Program-made: the position numbers and the translations under genes
Assembly: GCA_038060895.1 (NCBI GenBank)
Contig: JBBTCT010000026.1
Span: 1 to 64,000, forward strand
From: Planctomycetota bacterium
Lineage (GTDB): Bacteria > Planctomycetota > MHYJ01 > WSZJ01
Direction: 5' to 3'
Length of the DNA stretch: 64,000 nucleotides
The notes under the pieces: model-generated
Database searches by the model: none
What the model saw: only the letters and a program-made list of their open reading frames with translations
Told to the model about the DNA's origin: nothing
In this document: piece after piece, positions 8,079-17,075 of the stretch
Layout of the letters: the number at the start of each line of letters is the position of its first letter
Position numbering within the stretch: the first letter of the stretch is position 1

Positions 8079-9718
8079 TGGACGCCTCCGCTCCGCACGA
8101 GGAGACAAAGGCCGAAGCGGACGCTCTCCGCCACGCCTACGAAGTCTCCCGTTTCGTCCAGGATCGCTCCCGCGAAATCCGCGGCGCCCGCGCGTCCGCC
8201 GACATCGTGAGGTCCTTCGCCGAAGCCGCGAGGCAGCTGGTCGGCTCCGGGGGAACCCAGTTTTACGTCCGGGACGCGGGGGGCGGCCAGATGGTGCTCC
8301 ACAAGACCACCGGCGACACCACCATCCGCCGGCTCGGCGCTTCACCCTGGCGACCGCCGAAGGAAACGCTGGACTGGGTGGCAAAGGAACGGCGAACGAC
8401 GACGGTCCCGGGCGAGAACGATCGCGAATGGCACACCCTCGTCCCTCTGGTCGTCGCGGGCGATGTCTCGGGCATCCTCGTGCTCGACGTGCCTCAGGCG
8501 GCCGGCGAGCTGGCGCAGCAGACGATCGAGGCGCTGACGTTCCTGGCCGAAGAGGCCGCCGCCGCGCTGATCGCCGCCGAAGAGCGCGCCCGCCTCGACG
8601 ACGAAGTCGGCCGCATCGACCGCGAACGGTCCTTCCTCGCCAACATCCTCGATTCCATCACCAACGGCATCCTGGCCGTGGACCTCGACGGACGCATCCT
8701 TCAGATCAACCGCAACGCCGCCGCCATGCTCGACATCCCTTCCCTCGACGTCATCGGCCAGGACTTCGAGCCGCTCCTCACCGGCGACGTCCGGATGGAG
8801 CTCCGCGCCATCTTCGACGAAACCCTCCAGGCAGGCTTCGCCATGGAGCGCCTCGTCACCACTCACCTCGGCGGCGCGGAATTTCCCATCGCCGTCGGCT
8901 CTTCGCTCCTCCGCGATGACGCCCTCCAGGCGTTCGGCTGCATCCTCGTCTTCCGCGACATGACCGCTTCACGCGAAATGGACCGCCTGCGCAAACTCGA
9001 CCAGATGAAATCGGACTTCGTCGCGAACGTCTCGCATGAGCTGCGCACGCCCCTGACGTCGATCAAGGCGTACTGCGAAGCGCTGGCCGGGATGCCGCGG
9101 ACGCCGAAGGAGATGGAATTCCTGCAGGTGATCGAGGAAGAAGGCGACCGGCTGATAGAGCTGATCGAGGACCTGCTCGACGTTTCGAGGATCCAGAGCG
9201 GGACGCTTCGGCTGAACCTCGAGCTGGGAAACCCGGGCGAGCTGGTTGCGGAAGTGCTCGCGATGCCGAGGCTGCACGCGGGAAAACACCGCATCACTTC
9301 GAACCTTTCTCCGGACGTCCCCGAGATGCTGTTTGACTGGAACCGGTTGAAGGAGGTTGTGCTCAACCTGGTGTCGAACGCGGTGAAATACTCGCCGGAA
9401 GGCGGGGACATTTCGGTTTCGCTTTCGGTCGCCGAAAGAAATCTGCGCATCGCGGTCGAGGACCACGGCATCGGCATCGACCCCGCGGACCAGGCAAGCC
9501 TCTTCCAGCAGTTCTTCCGCGTAGACGGCTCGCTGGCGGCAAAGGTCTCCGGCACGGGGCTGGGGCTGGCGATTGCGAAGGGGATCTCCGAAGCGCACGG
9601 AGGGACGGTTTCTCTGAAAAGCGAGCCGGGCAAGGGATCCGTCTTCACGGTGATCATGCCGATCCGCAAGGAGCCTCCGAAGGAAGAGGTCAAGCCTGAG
9701 CGGTCTCCGTTCGGATAA
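8078..9718 (+). CDS. GAF-like/PAS sensor histidine kinase (soluble)
   Basis: H-box VSHELRTPLTSI, N-box NLVSNAVKYS, G1 DHGIGI, G2 GTGLGLAI; PAS-like ILDSITNGILAVD; TAATG overlap with the HDOD gene. Confidence 0.93.
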   Translation: MDASAPHEETKAEADALRHAYEVSRFVQDRSREIRGARASADIVRSFAEAARQLVGSGGTQFYVRDAGGGQMVLHKTTGDTTIRRLGASPWRPPKETLDWVAKERRTTTVPGENDREWHTLVPLVVAGDVSGILVLDVPQAAGELAQQTIEALTFLAEEAAAALIAAEERARLDDEVGRIDRERSFLANILDSITNGILAVDLDGRILQINRNAAAMLDIPSLDVIGQDFEPLLTGDVRMELRAIFDETLQAGFAMERLVTTHLGGAEFPIAVGSSLLRDDALQAFGCILVFRDMTASREMDRLRKLDQMKSDFVANVSHELRTPLTSIKAYCEALAGMPRTPKEMEFLQVIEEEGDRLIELIEDLLDVSRIQSGTLRLNLELGNPGELVAEVLAMPRLHAGKHRITSNLSPDVPEMLFDWNRLKEVVLNLVSNAVKYSPEGGDISVSLSVAERNLRIAVEDHGIGIDPADQASLFQQFFRVDGSLAAKVSGTGLGLAIAKGISEAHGGTVSLKSEPGKGSVFTVIMPIRKEPPKEEVKPERSPFG

Positions 9719-9734
9719 CCGATCCGCGCGTTTC

Positions 9735-9762
9735 TTGACTCCCTTTCTCGCCCTGCTATAAC
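9735..9762 (+). promoter_or_regulatory. Sigma70-type promoter of gcvH
   Basis: TTGACT (9735-9740), 16-nt spacer, TGc-TATAAC extended -10. Confidence 0.6.
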
Positions 9763-9807
9763 GCCATGCCATGTGGTCGTGAGGACCAACACAATCGGAG
9801 AGGCCGC

Positions 9808-10407
9808 ATGCGCCCGGAAGACCTGAAATACACCGAGACACACGAGTGGGTGAAGGTCAACAAGAAGGCCAAGACCGTCACCTTCGGTATCACCGACTAC
9901 GCCGTTGCGCAGCTCAGCGACCTTGTCCACATCGAACTCCCCGAGGTCGGGGACAATCTCGAGGCCGGGCAGCCGTTCGGCGAAATCGAGAGCGTCAAGG
10001 CGGTGTCGGACCTGTTTTCGCCGCTTTCGGGGGAGGTGACGGCTGTGAACCAGGAAGTGCTTGAGAACCTGGACAGCCTCGCTAAGGACCCGTTCGAGGA
10101 CGGGTGGCTGGTCAAGCTCTCCACGACAGACCTGACCGAAACCGAGGAGATGATGACGCGGAAGGAATACGACGAATTCGTGCTCGCCGAAGCCGGTGAC
10201 GACGACGATGACGACGACGACGAGGACGGTGACGACAAGGGCGACAAGGAAGAGAAGAAAGAGGAAGAAAAGAAGGAAGACCCTGATGACGAGGCGGACG
10301 GGAAAAAGAAGAAGAAAAAGGCAAAGAAGGCCGACGACGACGAGGATGACGAGGACGAAGATGACGACGATGACGACGACGACGAGGATGATGACGACGA
10401 CGAATAA
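9808..10407 (+). CDS. gcvH: Glycine cleavage system H protein with long charged C-terminal extension
   Basis: LKYTETHEW, GITDYA, lipoyl-lysine motif ESVKAVSD, DPFEDGWL; SD GGAGAGG before ATG 9808; 69-aa D/E/K tail. Confidence 0.93.
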   Translation: MRPEDLKYTETHEWVKVNKKAKTVTFGITDYAVAQLSDLVHIELPEVGDNLEAGQPFGEIESVKAVSDLFSPLSGEVTAVNQEVLENLDSLAKDPFEDGWLVKLSTTDLTETEEMMTRKEYDEFVLAEAGDDDDDDDDEDGDDKGDKEEKKEEEKKEDPDDEADGKKKKKKAKKADDDEDDEDEDDDDDDDDEDDDDDE

Positions 10408-10415
10408 ATGAGCCC

Positions 10416-10452
10416 GCGGGGCCGGCCGGCCGGGCCGGCCCCGCCGGGATTT
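10416..10452 (+). terminator. GC-rich hairpin after gcvH (possible terminator)
   Basis: GCGGGGCCGGCC / GGCCGGCCCCGC stem with only a short T tract. Confidence 0.4.
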
Positions 10453-10490
10453 CCCGGCGCGGTCGCCGTCGCGGAGACGGGGAAAGAACC

Positions 10491-12020
10491 ATGAGCGACG
10501 CGCGATCCCGAACGAAGTCCGGAGTTCTCCTCGCCGCCGCCCTGGCCGCGGCGCTCCCGGGTTGCGCGTTGCCGGAAGAGACGCGTCGAGCCCTCAGAAT
10601 CCGCTCTTCGCTGGGCGAAGAAGTCGATCCCGCGGAGTTCGAGGACCTGCTCAGCTTCGCACTCGACCGGCACGTCAGGGGGGCTGAACCGGACTCCGGG
10701 CGAGCCCTTCGCGAAGGTCTCTGGCTCGTCCTCGAGGGACTTGACCCCTCGGACCTGGCGGTATCCCCGCCCGATCGGGCCCGCCTCATCGCTCACGCCG
10801 GCGAGTCGCCGCGCGCGTGCGCCGAGGCCGTCGGAATGGCGCGCGACGCCTGGAACGCCGCCTGGCCCGCGCGCGCGCTTTCGTATTCCGAAGTCGCCGA
10901 ACGGGCGCTTCAGTGCATCTTCCCGCGCTTCGACCCCCACTCCGCGTGGTTTCCGCGAAGCACGTGGGGCGACATGGCCCGGTCGATGTCAGGCCGCTAC
11001 ACCGGCATCGGGATCGTCATCCAGCCCGGCGACGAGCCCGTCGTGAGCGACGTGTTCGAGGGAGGACCTGCGGACGGCATTCTCAGGAGGAAGGACCGCA
11101 TCGTGGCGGTCGACGGGAAAGCGGTGAAGGGACTCACGGCGGAGGAGTACCTCGCGCTGATCCGCGGGGAGTCGGGGACGGACGTCAGGATCTCCGTGAA
11201 GCGCGGCGAAGAGTCGATCGAGCTGACGCTGACGCGGCGCGAGGTGAAGGCGCGCGCGGTGCGGCGCCGCGAGGCAGGACGCGACCGCGACGTCGTCGTG
11301 CTCGGCCTCTGGTCGTACACGGACGGGTGCGCCGACGAAATGGAGGACGCGCTGCGCCGCAAGGGCCGCGCGCCGCGCGGCCTCGTGCTTGACCTGCGCA
11401 ACAACCCGGGCGGGACCGTGGACGACGCCGTCGCCATCGTCGATCTCTTCATCCACAAGGGCGTCGTCATTACCGAACGCGGACGCTCGACGCGCGTCCT
11501 GGAGGCGGATGTCGAGGGGACCGTCCTTCCTCCCGCGGTCCCGGTCATCGTCCTCCTCAACCGCTTCTCAGCGTCCGCTTCCGAACTCACCGCCGGCGCG
11601 CTTCAGGACCACGGCCGCGCCGTCATCATGGGCGAAGCGACGTACGGCAAGGGGACGGTGCAGGAAATCTACAAGCTGGGCGACCGCGGCGCGAAGGTGA
11701 CCGTGGCGCGTTTTTATCTGCCTGCCGGGCGCTCGACCCAGCTCGCCGGCGTGTCGCCGGACATCGCGTACCCCGACGCGGAAGCGGCGAAGCTGCAGGA
11801 TGCGGGGCTGGAGACGTTTGAGCGGGACTACGACAACGCCCTCCCGGCGGACGCGGTTGCCGGCGGATTCAAACGGGCGTACGACCCGGCGCCTCTCGTC
11901 GCGCGGTTGCGCGGACGGCTCGGCGCGGAATCGAAGACGGACCCGGAGATCGACGAGACGGATGCGATGCTGCAGGAAGCGGTGCGGATTCTGGACGGCG
12001 AGGGACGCGAGGGCGAATAG
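10491..12020 (+). CDS. S41 family carboxy-terminal processing protease (lipoprotein)
   Basis: Lipobox LPGC, FDPHS, PDZ entry YTGIG, LDLRNNPGG, catalytic SASASE and TYGKG. Confidence 0.93.
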   Translation: MSDARSRTKSGVLLAAALAAALPGCALPEETRRALRIRSSLGEEVDPAEFEDLLSFALDRHVRGAEPDSGRALREGLWLVLEGLDPSDLAVSPPDRARLIAHAGESPRACAEAVGMARDAWNAAWPARALSYSEVAERALQCIFPRFDPHSAWFPRSTWGDMARSMSGRYTGIGIVIQPGDEPVVSDVFEGGPADGILRRKDRIVAVDGKAVKGLTAEEYLALIRGESGTDVRISVKRGEESIELTLTRREVKARAVRRREAGRDRDVVVLGLWSYTDGCADEMEDALRRKGRAPRGLVLDLRNNPGGTVDDAVAIVDLFIHKGVVITERGRSTRVLEADVEGTVLPPAVPVIVLLNRFSASASELTAGALQDHGRAVIMGEATYGKGTVQEIYKLGDRGAKVTVARFYLPAGRSTQLAGVSPDIAYPDAEAAKLQDAGLETFERDYDNALPADAVAGGFKRAYDPAPLVARLRGRLGAESKTDPEIDETDAMLQEAVRILDGEGREGE

Positions 12021-12028
12021 GCGGGCCT

Positions 12029-13006
12029 CTACTCCTCCAGCGCGAGCGTCCCCAGGACGGCGTCGAGCAGTTTGCGCCGGTCCTCGAAGCGGTCCTCGCG
12101 CGACGTCATTGAGACGAAAACGAGCCGGCCGCGATGCTCGATCAATCGCGTCTCGTTTGCGACTGGAATCCCCTGGTGCGCGAGGCGCGACCGGCAGACG
12201 AAGGACTTGCGGCCACGCCAGGTCTCCTCCCGTCCTTCCACGCACGAGGCCGCGGCCGTCCGGTCGAGCTTCAGCTTCTCCCAGTCCGCCGCCTTCGCCT
12301 GCACCGTGCCTTCCAGGAGCCCGAAGGCGAGGTTTTCGAAGCGGTCGCGCGGGTTGCGAAGCGCGCGCGCTTCGCCACGGTCGGCGTTTCTCCAGCCCGC
12401 GGGAGCCTTCAGCTTCACGCCCGCATTCGCGGGTGCCCATTCCTCCGTGGGTTCCTCCGAGGCGGCGATGGGCACGCGCGGCACGACCTTGAGCGAACGC
12501 ACGGACTCGTCGAGGAGAGCGGAGAATTCGCGTGCGACGGCGTCGCGCGGCGCCCAGGAGACGACGATGATGCGGTCGCCGGCGTCGACGACGAGCACGT
12601 GGGTGACCGGTTCGCCCTGTCGTGAGGAGAGGTCGGCGCGCCAGGCGAGCCGCCCGTCGCGCGTGGCCTCATCGACGGTCGTGGTCGTGAGGCCGAGCGC
12701 TCCCTGCAGCCCTTCGACGATCCGGCGGTACGTGGCAAGATCGAGATCCGAGAATACCTCCAGCTGCAACCCGAGCTTCAGGTCCTGCCCGTCCACGCGC
12801 ACGAGGCGGGACGCCGCGATCGCGCGCTGCCCGTCGGCTCCGTCCGCCGCGAGAATGATGCAGCCCTCCGGCGCCTGGAACGAAAGCCCTTCGGTCTCGT
12901 AGGTCCTTCGATCGCCGAGCCTGGCCGGGTTCGGGAGATTGACCTCCCCGGGTTGCGCGCAGGCCGCCGACGCACAGAACGCGAGGACCGCCAGGGAATG
13001 CTTCAT
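12029..13006 (-). CDS. Hypothetical secreted protein or lipoprotein with two similar (PsbP-like?) halves
   Basis: Signal peptide MKHSLAVLAFCASAAC; repeated GLSFQAPEG / GVKLKAPAGW starts; SD GGAGG; ATGA overlap with the AlaX gene. Confidence 0.65.
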   Translation of the reverse strand: MKHSLAVLAFCASAACAQPGEVNLPNPARLGDRRTYETEGLSFQAPEGCIILAADGADGQRAIAASRLVRVDGQDLKLGLQLEVFSDLDLATYRRIVEGLQGALGLTTTTVDEATRDGRLAWRADLSSRQGEPVTHVLVVDAGDRIIVVSWAPRDAVAREFSALLDESVRSLKVVPRVPIAASEEPTEEWAPANAGVKLKAPAGWRNADRGEARALRNPRDRFENLAFGLLEGTVQAKAADWEKLKLDRTAAASCVEGREETWRGRKSFVCRSRLAHQGIPVANETRLIEHRGRLVFVSMTSREDRFEDRRKLLDAVLGTLALEE

Positions 13007-14163
13007 CGCCCCTCCTCCAGCCGTCGCGCCAGCGCGTCGGCCGCGGCCTCGAGCGCCGCAGGATCGGTGCCGCCCGCGGCCTGGAAGAGTCTTCCGCGGC
13101 CGCCGCCGCGTACGCCGCCTGCCGCGCAGGCGTGCTTGAACGCAGGGGCGAGGTCGAGCGTGACGGAAGCGCCGCAGCCGGCGACCAGGGCGCCGTTGCC
13201 GGTGAGGACGAAGACCGCCCCGGCAGACTCGCCGAGCACTTTGGTCAGGACGAGTAACGCGGGGACGTCGCGGTCCGGGAACGAGGCCCGGACGACTCGC
13301 GCGGATTTTGCGAGCAATTCGGCCGCTTCCACAACGGCCATCTTTCCGCGAAGCGCGCCGAGCTCGCGCTGGGCGGCGCGAAGGTCTTCCCGCGCGCGCC
13401 CCGCCGCGGCGCCGGCCTCGAGCGCGCCCGACCCGAGCGCGGCGCCGGCGGAGGCGAGGGAGGCGAAGCGGTCGCGGGCGTCGCGAAGCGCGCGGCCGCC
13501 GGCGGCGAAGGCGACCCGGACGTTGCCCTTTGATTTCTCCCAGCCCAGGACGCGGATCTGTCCGACGTCGCCCGTGCGGGAAGGATGGGTTCCGCCGCAA
13601 GCGCAGCGGTCGAAATCACGGACCGTCACGACCCGGACGCGCTCCAGCCCTTCGGGCAACTTGCGCAGGCCGAGGGACTTCGCTTCGGCCGGGGTGTGCC
13701 ACGTCACCTCAACCGGCCTGTTCTCGCGGACGACGAGGTTCGCGAGATCTTCCGCGCGCGCGGCTTCCGCTTCCGTCAAGTCGCGCACGGCGAGATCGAC
13801 GGTGCACCGCTCCGGGCCGAGGTGGAACGAGACGGTCTCGGCGCCGCAGGTTTCGATGAAGGCGCGGGAGAGGAGATGCTGGCCGTGATGCTGTTCGCGG
13901 TGGTCGCGGCGGCGGGAGGGATCGACGGCGCCGCGCACGTCGCCATCGGGGACATCGCCCTCGACGGAATGCACGACGGTCTCGCCCTCGGCCTCGACGC
14001 CGGTGACGCGGGTGACGCCGAGCATCCCGGTATCGTGCGGCTGACCGCCCGAGGTCGCGTAGAAAGCGGTCCGGTCGAGGACGACAGCACCGGTGCGGCG
14101 GGAGACGACACGGGCCGTGAAGTCGAGAAGGTAGCTGTCGGTGAGGTAGAGGCGGTCGGTCAT
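13003..14163 (-). CDS. Alanyl-tRNA editing protein (AlaX-L type, DHHA1 tail)
   Basis: LYLTDSY, DRTAFYATSGGQPHDTG, Zn ligands QHHGQH and CGGTH, C-terminal RGGG. Confidence 0.92.
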   Translation of the reverse strand: MTDRLYLTDSYLLDFTARVVSRRTGAVVLDRTAFYATSGGQPHDTGMLGVTRVTGVEAEGETVVHSVEGDVPDGDVRGAVDPSRRRDHREQHHGQHLLSRAFIETCGAETVSFHLGPERCTVDLAVRDLTEAEAARAEDLANLVVRENRPVEVTWHTPAEAKSLGLRKLPEGLERVRVVTVRDFDRCACGGTHPSRTGDVGQIRVLGWEKSKGNVRVAFAAGGRALRDARDRFASLASAGAALGSGALEAGAAAGRAREDLRAAQRELGALRGKMAVVEAAELLAKSARVVRASFPDRDVPALLVLTKVLGESAGAVFVLTGNGALVAGCGASVTLDLAPAFKHACAAGGVRGGGRGRLFQAAGGTDPAALEAAADALARRLEEGR

Positions 14164-14265
14164 CGGGTGGGATTGTAAAGCACGGGAGATGCGCGAGGCT
14201 CGCGTTCCGATCCTGCGAATACTTGTTGGCCTTCCCGCCGCTCCTCTCCAAACTCTTCCTCCTTC

Positions 14266-15153
14266 ATGCACCACAAAGTCCACGGGCTCACCGAACGCGA
14301 CCTCATCTCCATCCCTTGTTCCCTCTGCGGCTCGCCGGTCTCCGCCGTCGAGCACCGCCGCGGCCTCTTCCAGTACCGCCGCTGTTCCCGCTGCCGGTTC
14401 GTCTTCCTCTCCCCGCGCCCCACACAGGCCAAACTCGTCGAGTGCTACCAGCGCTACCTCCCTGACGAGGACGGCGACGTCGAAGCGTGGGGCCGCATGA
14501 TGAAGGTCATCTTTGGCCGCGCCGCCGACGACGCCGACCGCCACGCCGCCGGCCACCCGGGCGATCTCCTGGACGTCGGAACGGCCCACGGGTTCTTCCT
14601 CGACGTCATGCGCGCACGCGGGTGGCGCGTCAAAGGTCTCGAAATCGCGAAGAAGGCCATCGCCGCCGCGCGCGCCAAGGGTCACGAAGTCCTCGAAGGC
14701 ACGCTCGATTCGAATCCGTTCCCCCCCGACTCCTTCGACGTCGTCTCCGCGTTCTACGTCGTGGAGCACGTCTTCGACCCCGTGGACTTCCTCGGCCGCA
14801 TCCACGCACTCCTCCGCCCCGGCGGTCTCGCCATCATTCGCTGGCCCCACACCGCTCCCCTCGTCCGCTTCCTCATGACCCTTCGCGAAGATCTCGACCT
14901 CTACGATCCCCCCTGGCACCTCTCGCAGTTCGAACCGGCGACGATCGGAATGGCGATGAAGCGCGCCGGGTTCCGGGACATCCACACGTCGGTCGGCGGA
15001 TGGACGCTCCCCGCCAGGCCCCTGGGACGGGCCATCAGCGCCACCGGAGGGATGCTCGCCGAAACATGGGAGCGCCTCTCAGGACGCAGTTTCCCCGGAG
15101 TGAGCAAAACGACGACGGGGGTGAAGCGGGCGCCGGGGCGGGCAGGTTCGTAG
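14266..15153 (+). CDS. Class I SAM-dependent methyltransferase with N-terminal Zn ribbon
   Basis: CSLCG...CSRC, LLDVGTAHG, FDVV...VVEHVFDP, LLRPGG, PWHLSQF. Confidence 0.9.
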   Translation: MHHKVHGLTERDLISIPCSLCGSPVSAVEHRRGLFQYRRCSRCRFVFLSPRPTQAKLVECYQRYLPDEDGDVEAWGRMMKVIFGRAADDADRHAAGHPGDLLDVGTAHGFFLDVMRARGWRVKGLEIAKKAIAAARAKGHEVLEGTLDSNPFPPDSFDVVSAFYVVEHVFDPVDFLGRIHALLRPGGLAIIRWPHTAPLVRFLMTLREDLDLYDPPWHLSQFEPATIGMAMKRAGFRDIHTSVGGWTLPARPLGRAISATGGMLAETWERLSGRSFPGVSKTTTGVKRAPGRAGS

Positions 15154-15196
15154 CAGGTCGAGCTGAGGACTTGACAATCGCCCCGGAATGCGGGCC

Positions 15197-15314
15197 TCAG
15201 AGCGCGACGAAAATCCCGCGGGTCGGGCGGAGTCGGCCCGCAAAAGAAAAACCGCTCAACCTACCGCCACCGGGCCGACGCAGCCTGACACGCGGGATCT
15301 TCGTCGCGCTCTGA
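15197..15314 (-). repeat. ~118-nt structured repeat, copy A (homologous to 41003-41119)
   Basis: 24-bp outer arms (one mismatch), inner CAGGCTGCGTCGGCCC...TTGAGCGG...CGGGCCGACTCCGCCCG on the minus strand; starts immediately after TAG of the Zn-ribbon gene. Confidence 0.85.
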
Positions 15315-15656
15315 CTACGGAGGCGGCAGCTCGACCTGCACGGGCTGAAGCGGCACCTCGTGGACGTAGGTGTAGGTCGCGTACTCCGCATCGCGCCCGA
15401 TCGAAGGGACGGCGTAATGCTGCGGCCAAGTCGCGGGGCCAAAGAGAACCTTGGCCGTGAGAACCATGAGGAACAGGCAGATGGCTGCGACCAGCCAGCG
15501 GCGGATCTCCCCTTCCGTGCTCTCTTCGTTCTGGCGGTCGGCCTTGGCGATCAGGTCGCCCTCGACCTCCGAGAGGTTGACCTGGACCTTGGATCCGCAC
15601 GCGCGGCAGTACGCTTCGCGCGCTTCGTTGTCAAATCCGCAGATCGTGCACTTCAT
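15315..15656 (-). CDS. Zinc-ribbon single-pass membrane protein
   Basis: CTICG-x9-CRACG, hydrophobic helix WLVAAICLFLMVLTA; SD GGAG. Confidence 0.8.
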   Translation of the reverse strand: MKCTICGFDNEAREAYCRACGSKVQVNLSEVEGDLIAKADRQNEESTEGEIRRWLVAAICLFLMVLTAKVLFGPATWPQHYAVPSIGRDAEYATYTYVHEVPLQPVQVELPPP

Positions 15657-15677
15657 GGTTGCTTCTCTTCTCCGGGC

Positions 15678-17075
15678 CTACTTGTTCTCGATCTGTTTCA
15701 GCCAGTCGGACAGGTCCTGCTGGGGTTCCGCGTTGACGGACTTCTTGGCCGCCTCGACGGCTTCACCGGCGAGCTTTGCTTTCTCCGCTGCGTTGGAGTA
15801 TTCCTTGAGCTTCCACAGGCACACGGCCTTGACCCGGTAAATCATCGCGAGCAGGTGAGGCTCTTCGCCGCAGCTGGTGTATTCCTCGTACGCCTTGTCG
15901 GCGAACCGGATGCCGGCGTTCAGGTCGGAGCCGTCGATCGAGTAGCGGACCGCGATGAGCTGGTTGATGACCGACATCTCGCGGTGGGACAGGTCCTTGT
16001 GATTGGTAAATGAGCTGTTCGCGACCGTGTAGAGCTCGGTGAGATAGACGCGCTGCTCATCGATGGTCAGGGACTTGTTGTAGAGCACCTGTGACAGCGT
16101 CGCGAGGTAGTTGATGGTCGGCCGCTTCGAGATCGGGTCGGCGCCCCGGAGCAGGTTGAGCTTGCCGGAAGCCGAGCCGACGTCTAGCGAGCGAAGCCCC
16201 AGGCATCCGAACGCGTCCATGAAATTCACGAGCGCGTCCTTGAAGTAGCTGCGCGCCTCTTTGTTCTGGTTGTACAGGTTCCCGAAGTGCGTGGCGAAAT
16301 CGGTCCAAACCTGGGCGGCCTGCTTGTACTTCTCCCGGTCCATCGCCGGAGACTCTGCCATCGCTCGGGCAAGGAGGTAGGCCTTGTTCGCGTACCCGCG
16401 GTCCCAGGACGGCGCCAGGAACATCGCCTTCTCGAACGACTCCCTCGCCGCCGTCGGGTTGCCGCGCTTCACCTGGATCACCGCCTGGCCGATGTAGAGG
16501 TCCGTCATCCCGTCCAGGCTGCAGGGCGGATCCGTCGTAAGCGCCGCTTCGAACGACTTCCACGAGCCTTCCAGGTCCCCCTGGCGCAGCAGAACGTGCC
16601 CGAGTCCGACTTTCGCGTCGGCGCTGGCGCCTGCGGAAGTGAAGAGGGACTTGGCCTGGTTGAGAAGGGGCTCCTGTTTCGTTTTGTCGTAGGTCTTGAG
16701 GAGGATGACGCCGCCGGTGACGGTCGACGCTTCGTTGTTCGGATCAATTCTCTGGAGGGTGTCGCACTCGGCGCGGGCGGAGTTGATGTCGCCGGCGTTC
16801 ACGAAGATCTTCGCGCGAAGTTCGTGGGCCGGCGCGAACTCCGGTCGGTGCTTGATGACGGTGTCGAGATCGGCGCTCGGGTCGAGGTTGCTGGAGTAAG
16901 TGCGAAGCGCGCCGTTCCAGGCGAAATACGTGCGGCAATCTTTATAGGCGCTCCACCCCATGACGATCGTCAGCACGGCGAAAAGCGCCGTGGCCGCGAC
17001 TTCCGCGAGCGCCAGGTTCGACAGGGAGTACTTGCCGAACTTCATCCGGCCTTTGTCGATCTGGAATTTGCTCAT
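15678..17075 (-). CDS. Membrane-anchored tetratricopeptide-repeat protein
   Basis: N-terminal TM helix; TPR-like units (AHELRAKIF, AKVGLGHVLLRQG, ARESFEKAMFLAP); ATGA overlap with the upstream gene. Confidence 0.8.
   Translation of the reverse strand: MSKFQIDKGRMKFGKYSLSNLALAEVAATALFAVLTIVMGWSAYKDCRTYFAWNGALRTYSSNLDPSADLDTVIKHRPEFAPAHELRAKIFVNAGDINSARAECDTLQRIDPNNEASTVTGGVILLKTYDKTKQEPLLNQAKSLFTSAGASADAKVGLGHVLLRQGDLEGSWKSFEAALTTDPPCSLDGMTDLYIGQAVIQVKRGNPTAARESFEKAMFLAPSWDRGYANKAYLLARAMAESPAMDREKYKQAAQVWTDFATHFGNLYNQNKEARSYFKDALVNFMDAFGCLGLRSLDVGSASGKLNLLRGADPISKRPTINYLATLSQVLYNKSLTIDEQRVYLTELYTVANSSFTNHKDLSHREMSVINQLIAVRYSIDGSDLNAGIRFADKAYEEYTSCGEEPHLLAMIYRVKAVCLWKLKEYSNAAEKAKLAGEAVEAAKKSVNAEPQQDLSDWLKQIENK

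Noticed and set aside
9897-10940. Minus-strand ORF with poly-Ser/Phe
   Set aside because: It is the antisense shadow of the GAC/GAT/AAG-rich gcvH tail
13003-14985. Long N-terminal extensions of track ORFs (660-aa AlaX, 905-aa S9, 642-aa kinase, 606-aa GT) as fusion proteins
   Set aside because: The extensions overlap neighbouring genes; downstream starts are supported by domain boundaries, -10 boxes or stop/start overlaps
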